A DNA stretch of 64,000 nucleotides, from contig NW_024704745.1 in assembly GCF_018977255.1 (NCBI RefSeq), positions 11,904,001 to 11,968,000 of the forward strand, written 5' to 3'. The translations under genes were made by a program, and so were the position numbers. Position 1 is the first letter of the stretch. Each line of letters begins with the position of its first letter. The notes under the pieces were generated by a model that saw only the letters and a program-made list of their open reading frames with translations, was not told the origin of the DNA and made no database searches. The stretch is from Callorhinchus milii. Taxonomy: Eukaryota. This document shows positions 11,961 through 23,280 of this stretch, piece after piece.

Positions 11961-12264
11961 AAAGTTAGGCAAGTTTCCTTACTCTTTGAGCCATCTCGAA
12001 GACATAATAAGGCGCTGTATCAAATGCAAGGATTATTATTATTATGGGCCAATTGGGTCTAACATTCGATGTGAACTTCATTAGTGTTGGCATATCAGAC
12101 CCCAATGACCAGGCTATGAACTTGTGATCTTGTGGCCATTAATTACTCTTTGCACCATTTGTTCGTTTCCTTTCGATGTTCTTCCTCCTGAAAGCACTTG
12201 CAATATTTCTCTTCCATGTTGTCAGATTATTTAAACATTTGAGCAGGGTGGCGTGAAACATTGA

Positions 12265-12403
12265 ACTCTAAAGAGAGAATGAGATAATGATCTGAAAACG
12301 AGAAATACAAGAGGTTATGGGGAAAAGGCAAGAGAATGGGATGAAATGGATTGCTCTTTCAGAGATGCACGATGGGCCAGAATGGACTCCTTCTGTGCTG
12401 TAA
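12265..12403 (+). mobile_element. CR1 3' terminus
   Basis: GATGGGCCAGAATGGACTCCTTCTGTGCTGTAAC, a CR1-type 3' end. Confidence 0.7.
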
Positions 12404-12900
12404 CTCAGAGTTCATCCAGAGCTCTGCAGCCCGTGTCCTCTCCCGCACCAGGCTCCGTGACCCTATCACCCCCCTTCTCCTCGCCTGACTCCGCTGGCTT
12501 CCCATCACACAGTTCAAGATCCTGATCCTCACCTTCAAAGCCCTCCATGGTCTTGCTCCCCCTACCTCTGTGACCTCCTAACCCCCTACCATCGTGCCTG
12601 CTCCCTCCGTTCAGTGGCCTCTGGCCTGCTTCACTTTCCCCGCCTCGCCTATCCCACCATTGGCGGCCGGACATTCTGCCACTCTGCCCCCACCCCTTGG
12701 AACTCCATCCCTCAGTCCCTCCACCTCGCCCTTTCCCTCGCCTCCTTCAAGATCCATCTCAAGATTCTCCTTTTCAACTGCCCTCCACCCTCCCCGAACC
12801 CGACCCCCAGCTCGGGTCCGAAACACTGACTGTCCAGCATCTTGGGACATCCTCCTGACGTGAAAGGCGCTATACAAATGTAATAATGTTGTTGCTGTTG
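12404..12900 (+). mobile_element. L2 3' end
   Basis: FKALHGLAPPYLCDLL-like coding segment, then GCATCTTGGGACATCCTCCTGACGTGAAAGGCGC and GTT tail. Confidence 0.9.
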
Positions 12901-12959
12901 TAAATCTCTTGGGTTCTAAAGTTCACTGTTTAATTTTGCTCAGGGATTGTACAAATAGG

Positions 12960-13555
12960 TGGGCACTCACTCAAGTGGTCATTCCTCAAGTGCGAGTTTA
13001 GACAGTGAGGGTTGGCAGACTATAATAATAATAATAATCCTTGCATTTGATATAGCGCTTTTCACGTCGGGAGGACGTCCCAAAGCGCTTCACAGAACAC
13101 ACTGTAAAGTGAATTGACTGTATATTTGTGGGCGAACGCGGCAGCCAATTGCGCACAGCAATGTCCCACAAACAGTCATAGATTGAAAATGACCAATTTA
13201 TTCATGTTTTTGGTTTTGGAGGGATTATTATTAGGCGTGTGGAGTAAGGAAACTTGCCCAAGGTTTCGCCCTGCCTGGAATTGAACTCAGGTCTCTCACT
13301 TGCAAAGCGAGTGCTCTAACCACTGAGCTACAGGACTACAGGACTATTGAATCATGGTGGATGGTGTGGGGGAGCAGTCGAGCCCAGTGGTGTCTTATCT
13401 CAAGCCCAAGTACAAGCATTTTCCTACAGACATCAGTGGATCGAAAACAGGAACAAGAGCAGAAACACGTGCTAATTTTCTCCTTTCCAGCCAAGAGCAG
13501 TCAGTTGCAGCATCCCCACTGCTGAGCAGGCTGAGATCAGCTCGAAGTGAATGAC
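12960..13555 (-). mobile_element. Second ancient tRNA-type SINE family, split by a young SINE
   Basis: GGCTGAGATCAGCT and GAGGGTTGGCAGACTATT motifs shared with 6130-6240, 15860-16090, 24670-24870, 38830-39075, 48275-48470 and 53770-53840. Confidence 0.55.
13022..13345 (-). mobile_element. Young SINE, short-body subfamily B
   Basis: Near-identical to 52628-52956; GACTAT flanks both ends; duplicated AGTCCTGT at the 5' end. Confidence 0.95.
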
Positions 13556-13624
13556 CTATTTATCTAGAGAAACTACTTCCTCCCTTCAAACAGTGTTGCA
13601 CTGTTCACTTGACTAGTGGCACCT

Positions 13625-13750
13625 ACAATAATGCAGCCGTACATTGGAGTGTCACCCTAGTCTGTGAGCTCAAAGGTCCAACGTGGGGCTTGAACCCACA
13701 GCTTTCTGACCCAAAAGTGAAAGTGCTATCAACTGAGCCAGGCTGACACA
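13625..13750 (-). mobile_element. Old SINE head fragment
   Basis: Minus strand GGCTCAGTTGATAGCAC...GTGGGTTCAAGCCCCAC (A and B boxes). Confidence 0.6.
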
Positions 13751-14089
13751 TAAAACATTGCATCTGATATCCACATTAATGAGAATTTATACAACAAACA
13801 TAAAAATATCAATAATCGCTACAGTATAATCTCCAAATCTCTGATTGGCAGGCGCCTTGGGACATCCTCCTGATGTGAAAGGCGCTATACAAATGTGATT
13901 TTATCATTTTGTATTGTACTGTATTCCGTAGCAATGCTTTGTGTCTGCACATTGTAGAGTTCAATCTATGCTGTGTTTATGCAACGTAATACACAGCACG
14001 TTCCACACTGTGTTCGGAGATGCAGGTTATCATATGACCATGCTGTATGTCAACATACTATGCAACACGATCCATACGTATCATAGCTT

Positions 14090-15480
14090 TGCTTCTTAAC
14101 CTGTAAATGTTGAACCTGTATAAATAGAAACACTGCTGTTGTGGTGAGTACAATGTTATTGTGTTTTGTGACTGTACTGTACAGTGCGATACAATCTCAA
14201 GTTAAAACATACATACGTGCCATTGGCGTATCTTTTTCAGCACAATACAGCCACAGGATAATGCTCTGATGTTATGATATGTCACTAGCTTTTGTCATCC
14301 TGATGCAAAAAGAGCCGACTGAGCCTCGTACATCAGTGTGGCTGATCACAGCACACACTGTGGCTCCTGCTGAAGAAGCTATTGAAGATGCTTCACTACA
14401 AAACAATCCCCCAGTGGCCCAGAATTCGTTACCTCAGAAACCACGTGAGCAAGGGTAAGTTTTCTCCCATTAAAACAGCAGGAGGAGTGGTAATGTGTTC
14501 CTGCTCTACAGTCATTCAGTGAATAATTTGCTCTAATTTCAGGTGGATGCAAACTGAGTCTGGGTGTCACACGATGACAAAAGTATCTTCTTTCTTGACG
14601 ATCCTCTGCCTGGGAGGGGGCGAGCAGTGGAAGATCCAGATTTAATTATTATTTTATTTTAAAAAATGCGAAAATTTTAAAGGCTGTTATGGCATGAAAG
14701 CTTTTTGTTTAAATAATCTGATGACATGGAAGAGAAGTACAACAAGTTCTGCCTACAGGCGGCCTGGCTCCTACATGGCCTGATTGTCACAGTGTGGTGG
14801 GGTGAGTTGTTAATAGTACCATCTGCCAGCTGATGATAGCATTAATGAAGTGAAGTATTGCTTTCAGTTGTGTGTAGATTTTGTGTTCTTTGTCTTCCAG
14901 CGCTTCAAATCAGAAGAATGTATATTGTACAGACAGGGCTATAGTCTTGAATGCAGGTAACCAGGAATGTGTTCAAACAGCCAAAAGCTGATAATTATTG
15001 CATGTAAGAAGCTTGAAGCTTTTATTTCATGAAAGACGCTTTAAAAAAAAATGATGAAGGCTAGTTGTCAGCTTAATCTCCATGTGTTTATGCCAATGTT
15101 CCCATGTTCGTTGTCATTGCATTTTGGGCAGAGACCGTGACAATGTGCTGGCAATGTTTTTTTTTTGCATGACGCTCAGGGATGTTGATTTCATTATAAG
15201 AAAAAAGAACCTAGTGCAAACTGCAATAAGGATTGAATTGAGGTGCCTGTGAAGGAAATGGCACAGCGAGCGAGCGAGAACGGATTTAATCTTTACAGGA
15301 TGTACAGATGTACCGGCACAGAGGGGTGGTCTGGGCATTCAGCACGGTGCTACATGGATGCAATGTGTTGCGGTTGTGATAGGAAGTCAGAAGAATGCCG
15401 TTTGTAGCCGAGATTCCCCCCCACACGTGCTGAATTCCTGATCTCGGCCAAGGGCACCACTGTGAGTCAACAGTGTCACG
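14090..15480 (+). pseudogene. Decayed multi-exon coding unit, possibly a KDZ/Zisupton/HMGXB3-like transposase remnant
   Basis: GT-AG introns 14144-14240, 14455-14542, 14583-14682, 14802-14900, 14957-15298; spliced frames give KHCCCAQYSHRI..MSLAFVILMQK..HTVAPAEEAIE..KYNKFCLQ/GLAP..NQKNVYC..PFVAE..IPDLG, with stops and frameshifts. Family call is from remembered motif order, not a search. Confidence 0.4.
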
Positions 15481-15664
15481 TTGGCACTATTGTTGGCTCT
15501 TGTAAATGTAAGGAAAAGAGCGCCAGCTCTCTCTGAATTATTTCCTCGTTAACTTTATCAAATGCACTGCTCAGTGCCAACAAATACCATCCACGTTAAA
15601 AACAACTCTGGAGTGTACAGAACCCACTCATCTTATCTCTTTGAACCAAGCTCAGGGTGAACGT

Positions 15665-15790
15665 ACTACAACAACGACAAATTACATTTGTTATAGTGCC
15701 TTTCACATCGGGAGGGCATCCCAAGGTGCTGGACAATCAAGAATTTGGACCCGAGCAGGGGATTGGAGGTCAGGGTGGTTGGAGGGCAAA
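15665..15790 (-). mobile_element. L2 3' tail fragment
   Basis: ACAACAACGACAAATTACATTTGTTATAGTGCCTTTCACATCGGGAGG. Confidence 0.8.
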
Positions 15791-15859
15791 AATAGAAACT
15801 ACACAAATAGGGAGTTATCCAATCTCAGCCAGGTACAGCAGAGGGATTGCTAAGAGAAT

Positions 15860-16090
15860 ATCTAGAATCTGTGGGTTAGGGAAGGGTCAATAGGCCAGGG
15901 TTCCCCACTCCTGATTTCAGTCAAGTGAATCCTTTGCTGGGAACTGCACATGAATGGACAGAATGTGAGAGGTTCAGTCAGACTCGTCTGCAATGCCTCC
16001 CACAGTCAATAAGATTCATTGTCCATGGCGCACATGAAGAATGACCATTTAATTGAGGTACTGGAGGATGCCTGGACACTTGGAAATTAA
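15860..16090 (+). mobile_element. Second ancient SINE family, body fragment
   Basis: GCCAGGGTTCCCCACTCCTGAT...CACATGAAGAATGACCA. Confidence 0.55.
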
Positions 16091-16129
16091 AACAAGTGCC
16101 TTTACCCTACCAGCCACTCCCTTTACTCA

Positions 16130-16395
16130 GTGAGCACTGGCTGGCTTCATATCTTCCGTCCTATCACCCTACCATCGGCAGGTGGGCTTTTATCCGTTCT
16201 GCCTCCGGTCTCTGGAATTCCATCCCAGAGTCCCTCTAACTTGCTCTCTCCATCTTTCAAGGCACGTCTCAAAACTTACTTCCTTGATGACTCTTTGTTT
16301 CATCTTTTCCCTCCCCCACTCACCCCCATCAGCTTCCTACCCCTAACTCAGCACCAGTAACTTGTATTTATATAATGCCCTTCACGCAGGTTAGA
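16130..16395 (+). mobile_element. Old L2 3' end
   Basis: CCCTACCATCGGCAGGTGGGC..TTCAAGGCACGTCTCAAAAC (SFKARLKTYF). Confidence 0.65.
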
Positions 16396-17174
16396 GACCC
16401 GGAACTCGGCTGCCCAGCAGCAGTGTGAAGCGCTCTGATCAGCCTCCTGATGTGAAAGGGGATATGAATGTAAATTGCGATATGTAATTAGTAGAGAACA
16501 GGAGAAAACTTGAGGAAGAATTAAAAATAAAAGATTTTTAATAAACATAATCTCAATACACAGCCATAGGTGTTGTGTTAAGAACTTTTTTTTAACATTT
16601 TCAACTTATAATGTTCATTCCTTACACATTTTTAATTACACCTTGTCCCTTTTTCACATGTCCCTAAGATCTCTGCATCAGGAAGAATGAGGTACAAAAG
16701 ATCTGAAAATATTAAGTTAAATTTTCTAGCAGTTTAGCTTGCATTGATTATAGTCCTTGCTCCACATCTACAGCAGATGATTTTAAAATGGAATTTGAGT
16801 GCTAATTATCATGCATGCCTAAAAGCCAGCTCAAAAGATATCACTGTCAGCCAGCACAAAGCTGCTTAAAAGCAGCTCTTTCATCAACCATGCAATAGGA
16901 GATTCCCTTTGGAGAAAGAACTTACTCCTTTCCGACCACCGATGCTATCGATCTTATCATTGCATTCTCACCAGGGCAAGCTATGCATTATTAGTTGGTT
17001 AAACTCCAGCAAGAATACAAAAAATGTAAAAATGGTGGGCTTTGGTTTCCAAGGATGAGCTTGTCTATCTCAAAGCTGGGGTTAACAATGAAATGTCACA
17101 TTTTCACTCCAATATCTATTAGCAACAACCTGCATTTACACAGCACTCCTCACTCAGGGTTGCGTACCAGAGTG

Positions 17175-17330
17175 CTTGACAGTGGCGGAGCCTGAAGCTG
17201 AGCTGGAGGGAGGTCGGAGGTGGCCACATGCACGGTCGAAGAGGAAGTTCTTCAAGCGTGACCTGAAGATGGGGAAGGAGGGGGCAAGGCTTAGGAATTG
17301 AGGGAGAGTATTCCAGAGTTTCGGGGGATG
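17175..17330 (-). mobile_element. L2 3' fragment
   Basis: GGTCGAAGAGGAAGTTCTTCAAGCGTGACCTGAAG, the reverse complement of the L2 end. Confidence 0.6.
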
Positions 17331-17597
17331 TATGGGAAGGAACCTATTGCTTTAACCAGTGTACGTTTCTGTAGGGCTATCCATATTATAGGGCCATGCT
17401 AATGCATATTGATAGTACACTGCTGCAGTACTCAGAGTTGGGATCAGACAGGCATTTTTCTCCTCAGTGAGTAGAACGTTCCCATCTTTGTGTTCACTCA
17501 TTTGTTCATTATTCCGCATGCCTGGGCCTGCCTACAACACCATATGGTGGCAGCTGGCCTGTCCTTACATGGAAGAAGAGTGGAGTTGAGGGGGGAG

Positions 17598-17860
17598 NNN
17601 NNNNNNNNNNNNNNNNNNNNNNNNNNNNNNNNNNNNNNNNNNNNNNNNNNNNNNNNNNNNNNNNNNNNNNNNNNNNNNNNNNNNNNNNNNNNNNNNNNNN
17701 NNNNNNNNNNNNNNNNNNNNNNNNNNNNNNNNNNNNNNNNNNNNNNNNNNNNNNNNNNNNNNNNNNNNNNNNNNNNNNNNNNNNNNNNNNNNNNNNNNNN
17801 NNNNNNNNNNNNNNNNNNNNNNNNNNNNNNNNNNNNNNNNNNNNNNNNNNNNNNNNNNNN
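17598..17860. other. Assembly gap (263 N)
   Basis: Run of N. Confidence 1.
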
Positions 17861-18639
17861 NAAGCGAACATTACAGGATTGAAGAGGCTAAATCCCACAA
17901 GTGACAGCAACGGAAAAACAGAGAACGGGGGAAACTGGCAACATTACAAATATACTTCCTAAGGAATGTTAATTTCAAAATGCCTGAGGAATTGTTTGAA
18001 GAATTTTCCTACTCCTCTTCCTTCTCTTGGAAATTTGGCCCAGGGAATACTGGCTTTGGTACATGATTTAGTTCAGTTTTTGGTGTGAGTTTTCCTGGAA
18101 TGAAATGCTTCCAGGTTACACATAAAGTACGGAAGATTCATATCTGATGATTGATCCATGTGAGGGTGGAAAAGAACCAGGAAATATTCTTGATGTGCTT
18201 CAGTTAATGGAGAGAGAGAGGGAGGGAGAGGCACGGGGTATAAAGCAGCTCTGGAAAGGTTAAGAGGCGTTTTATGGTCTGAAGTGAAAGTTGAAAGTGA
18301 GAAAGCAAAGTTTAACTGCCGAAAAGAAGAGGAGAAATCTTGAGACAGCTTTGTCCGTGCTTATCAGAGCATGGGAGTCTGGCACACTGTCCAACAAAGT
18401 GATTTGTGACCACAGAGCAAGCTGGTCTCTGAGACACAGTCAAAAAAGCTGTGACTAAGACCCTCAGTTGCACTGGAAGAAACAATTGAATAGGCAATAT
18501 TGTGAATGTGTATTTTGTAGGCAATGTTCTGACCTTGGCTTCAACTTTTCCAGTGACAATCCTGTCATTATCCCTCGTGAGCTCCTTTCTTTTATCCATT
18601 TCAGGGCCTTTTAATATTGCTCAAGAAATGACTCTCTCC

Positions 18640-18840
18640 TATATGGACGTTAAAGATCCCATGGCACCCCTCAAAACGAGAAGGGAGTTTCCCTCAAAGT
18701 CCTGGCCATCAATCCAATTACAAATGGTCATTCATTTCTCAGCTTTGTGTGGGATCTTTGCCTACAAATGCATAGACATTCCATAATGGATCCTGTGAAG
18801 TGCTTTGAGACCTTCTCCTGACGTGAAAGACTCTATCCCA
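18640..18840 (+). mobile_element. Old Deu-like SINE fragment
   Basis: GGACGTTAAAGATCCCATGGCAC..GTCCTGGCC..GTGAAGTGCTTTGAGAC. Confidence 0.7.
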
Positions 18841-19319
18841 AGGATTATGTGTGCTGTTGTACTCAGGGTGAAAAATAAGTACAGTAGCTGAATCCTTGAG
18901 ACCCAAATTCCACAGTGCATGTCTAATTACTTTAGTCCACAACAAGAGAGTCTGCCAATTTCTGCCTGCCAGCTGTTACATGAATAGACCCTAATAAAAT
19001 ACCATAGTGCAAGAATGAAGTAGCTATATTACTCGAAGAACTCCTGATATAGTGAAAAATGAGGTCCATGTTACACCAAAACAACAACAATTTGCCTTTA
19101 TGTAGCACCTTTCACATCAGGAGGACATCATATCCCAAGGCGCTGATTTATTATTATCCATGTAGGACATAATCCAGCAGGTGCCCGTCCAGCACTAAAC
19201 TTGAACAAATCAGGATAATCCATACCTTATGAGAGAAACGGTGAATCACTCAAGAGGAAAGAAACACTGCTGCTGATTTTAAATAAAACACATCTGGATA
19301 TTAATGCACTATTCTACGG

Positions 19320-19540
19320 CCCTAGCCTCTGAAACTTCCCCCCTTGATCCCTCCGTCTCGTCCCTTCTCTATCTGTCTTTGTCACGCCTTAAAACCTACC
19401 CCTTTGACCATTACCTATGGTCACCTCCTTTCCCCTTCTCTCCTCCACCCTTTCCTGCTCGGCAACCAACCTGCCATTGAAAAGCTCTCTGAAACGTTAT
19501 TCTACGTGAAGGGCTCTATTTAAATGCAAGTTGTTGTGTA
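19320..19540 (+). mobile_element. Old L2 3' end
   Basis: CCTTAAAACCTACCCCTTTGACCA..CTACGTGAAGGGCTCTATTTAAATGCAAGTTGTTG. Confidence 0.65.
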
Positions 19541-21009
19541 ATAACATTGATCATCAAATATAAAGTTTGGAGTTGCATTTTCTTCAAAGTTTCATGACTG
19601 TGATCTCTTTCATGTTGAGAATGTGGCTTCGCTCAGTGAGCTAAGAGCAGGATCAACAGCATCAACAGTTTCATCAGTAGCTAAACCCACATAGTGCTCT
19701 CAATGTACAAACCTGATAGCAGCAAATTCCTTATATCAGCACATTGTTACCAAGCTCCAGTTTCCTCTGGAAAGTCAGTGCTAGTGAAGACAGTCCTGTT
19801 TCTATGAGTGTTCTAGTTACGCTCAAATGTTTTGTCTATTACCAATCTATTACAAATCACAACTTTACAAATCTCCACATTACTTGCGAATTTAATCCGC
19901 TCTTGCCCAATGGTTTCTCTGTCGTCCATTAAAATAAAGTGGAATGTTAGCGCTGTGCTGTGGCTGTTGGAGCCCCCTGTTTTGGGCCATCTTTTGAGGG
20001 ATTGTGTGTTGCTTATTTTCAGGCCCTGTGGGTGGGGAGGATGAGGGGGAAGGGTACAGAGGAGAAGGGGAATTAGTAGAACAATGTAATGTAGGAAATA
20101 AATTGTAGCAGCTGGCTCAAGGCTTCAACTCAGGCTCGGAAATATATCTGTAACAAAACAGTCCATTTGCCAACTGCACAGAGTGCTTTCTCTGTTGAAA
20201 GAAACATAGAAGACAGCACCGGTACAGCTGTGATCCTTCATAATAATGGCAGTATAAAACAATGTTAGACTTTGTTCATGTTCAGGAATTTCTGGCCAAC
20301 AATCCTGAAATGTAAACACCCTGCCTTCTTCACACTATCCCAGGGCAAGACAATGTTAACCTGTTGCAATAATTGGTCTCCTCGCCTCCTTTGTGATGGA
20401 AAAACAATCGCTCTTGAAGCTGACTGTTTCACACGTTTGGAATTTGTCTTTGTGAATTTGTGAGCAAGGAGCTCACAAGAGAAATTAATTTTTTATTACC
20501 TCGTTAATCTGAGGAAGAAACTAGCAAAGTGGTTGAGTTTACAGAAAAATAAATATTTTCTTTTTTAGTAAACGGTTATGTCATGATTGGTATTTTTTAA
20601 AAAAAATTATGTAGCCAATTATTTTTTTTCTCTAATTTTTCCCCACTGGTATTTCTCTCTCTCTGCTCCTGGTCTGATTCCCTTTTGCTGTGGTGCAATG
20701 CCCTGGTCACTTGTTGCCCTCCATTACTCTGCCCAAGTGTGTGGGTGTGACTGTGAATGTCAGAAGGCCACTTAACAGCAAAAGGCTTCATAACCAAGTG
20801 TGATCTCTTCCCGCTTGGCCTCCATGCACAGCACAACCTGTCGAGGGTCAAGGAGCAGGAACCTTGAGCTACCTTCCCCCTCCCAATCCCTTGGAAGTCT
20901 GTGGCAAATTGAGCCTCCTCCTTTTTGAGGGATTATGGATACTTATTATGGAAATAATGACAACATAAATTTATCAAAACATTTTAAACACACCGTTTCT
21001 GGGAAATAA

Positions 21010-21415
21010 TAATCCTTAAGTTTGATTTAGTGCTCTTCATATTGGGAGAACTTCTCAAAGCACTATCCTGGGATATATTGTAAAGTGACTGTATATATAG
21101 TGGGCGAACACAGCAGTCAATTTGGGTACAGCAATATTAAACAAATGGCCATCAAGTGAATGAGTATTTTAATTCGGGGTTGTTGGTCAGGACGTTGGAA
21201 GAAACTCCTTTCTCTTTTCAAACAGTGATTAGGCAGACAGGAGTTGGTTCAATATGTCATCTGAAAGACAGCACTGCCATGCAATACAGCCCAGCACAAC
21301 ATCGGACTGTTGACTTAGACTGTGTGAGTTCAAAGTCCCTATGTGGGGCTTGAACCCACAACCTTCTGATTCAGAGATGACAGTGCTAACAACTAAGCCA
21401 GATTGACATAAATAA
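21010..21415 (-). mobile_element. Old Deu-like SINE, near full length
   Basis: Head GGCTTAGTTGTTAGCACTGTCATCTCTGAATCAGAAGGTTGTGGGTTCAAGCCCCAC on the minus strand. Confidence 0.7.
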
Positions 21416-21707
21416 CACAGTTGCGATAGTGGTAATGTTTTATTCCAATTGCACTTCTGAATTGACCATGTGGGGGTGCTACAGATCCAACCCCTTGCAG
21501 TGGAATACAGCTGAATCCTTTTAAATACAGCCAATCTCTGAGGAACTATAGTAATAACATGCACATTTTTGTGTAACTTACATCAACACACAAAAAAACT
21601 AATTTGCAATTTCAAGATTTCACATCATTTATTCTATAATCAAAAGTAGATTGGATCGTTCATGCAGTTTGCAGGCTATACTGTAAATTGAATTGAATTT
21701 TTGTACT

Positions 21708-21746
21708 TCATGAAATTATATAAAATAATCATGAAATTATATAAAA
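21708..21746. repeat. 21-bp-period tandem duplication
   Basis: TCATGAAATTATATAAAA x2, separated by TAA. Confidence 0.85.
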
Positions 21747-22166
21747 GGGGTCTAAATATTAGACTAACATGCATTCACAAGGGAGGAGGGAACAGTAGAG
21801 TATGGGACAGGGGATTAGGAGGCTCATGTGGAGTATTATAATAATAATCCTTGCATTTGATATAGTGCCTTTTCTCATTGTCAAGAAGTCTCAAAGCACT
21901 TTACAGGATATACTGTAAAGTATAGAGACTGTGAATTTTGCGGGCAAAATACAGCAACCAGTTTGCACACAGCCATGAAATGAGTGACCAATTGTATTTG
22001 GGGGGTTAACACAATGGAGTAGTGTACAATAAGATGATGCAAAGGTTGTAAAAACACGAGTTGGGACAAATGGTTTGTTTCTGTGCTATACAACCTATGT
22101 AATTCTAGAGAAGGTAATTCTATATAACTTACGCTGATAAGTTTATCTGACATAGAGTGGACGAAT

Positions 22167-22300
22167 GGTCCTCAGAATTAAGACGATTTTATGCTTTGAT
22201 TAAGATCAATTCTTGAAGTTTTATGGGTGAATTGGTCCTCAGAATTAGGGCTATTATATGCTTTGATTAAGATTAATTCTTGAAGTGTTATGGTTGGATG
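22167..22300. repeat. 67-bp-period tandem duplication
   Basis: GGTCCTCAGAATTA..TATGCTTTGATTAAGAT(C/T)AATTCTTGAAGT x2. Confidence 0.85.
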
Positions 22301-22598
22301 GCATTTTATTTAGTGGGAGTCGCAGAGTTTCCCTGTTGTTTACCTTGTCTGATTCAGACGTAATTTTGTATTTGAGAACCTACAAATTGGGAGTGATTAC
22401 AAAATGAACCATTGCAATGGAAGTCTGTGCAGTGAAAGTGTTCAGGAAATGATTTGCCACAATGGAAGAATGTGCAATAAGATGAAACATGAGTTGATAG
22501 TTGTTTTAGAATTTCTTGAGGTTGAACAAGCAATGATTGAGCACGTTGGGATTTGTGTTTGGATCAAAAAATCTTTTTGTATGTTGTCATTTTTGTAA

Positions 22599-22960
22599 GT
22601 GGAATCCTGTAGCTCAGTGGTTAGAACACTTGCCTCGCAAGCGAGAGACCTGGGTTCAAATCCCGGCAGGGCAAAATGTTGGGCAAGTTTCCCTACTCCA
22701 CAGGCCTCTGTTTACCCAGCAGTAAGTAGGAACCTGGTTGTTAGTCGATTAGCAGATCGCGTTTCCGGGAATAATAATTCCTTCAAAAATAATAATAATA
22801 AACTGGTCACTTCAATCCACGACTGTTTGTGGGACACTGCTGTGTGCAATTGGCTGCCGTGTTTCGTCCACAAAATATTCAATCAATTCACTTTATAGTC
22901 TATCCTGTGAAGTGCTTTGAGATGCGATAAGGCGTGATATTAATTGCAAGGATTATTATT
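22599..22960 (+). mobile_element. Full-length SINE subfamily A
   Basis: GTGGAATCCTGTAGCTCAGTGG head, long body, Deu-like core, ATT tail. Confidence 0.9.
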
Positions 22961-22979
22961 TTTATTTACCACCTCATTC

Positions 22980-23280
22980 AATAATAATAATCCTTGCATT
23001 TGATATAACACTTTTCAGTTCAGAAGGACATCTCAGTGATTCACAGGATTTATTGTGAAGTGTAGTTCATCCCTGCTCTTTTCAAATATCACCATGGGAT
23101 CGTCAATATCCACCTGAACAGGCAGATGGGTGCTCAATTTAATATCTAATCTGAAGGACAGCACCCCCACATTCACAGCACTACAACAAAGTGATTTCAA
23201 AATCCTAACGGGGCTAGAATCCACAACTTTTTTGACTCAGATGTAAGAGAGCTGCCAACTGAGCCAGCCTGACAATGAGC
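22980..23280 (-). mobile_element. Old SINE with internal deletion
   Basis: Tail at 22980; CACCATGGGATC..ATCTGAAGGACAGCAC; head CTCAGTTGGCAGCTCTC. Confidence 0.65.
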
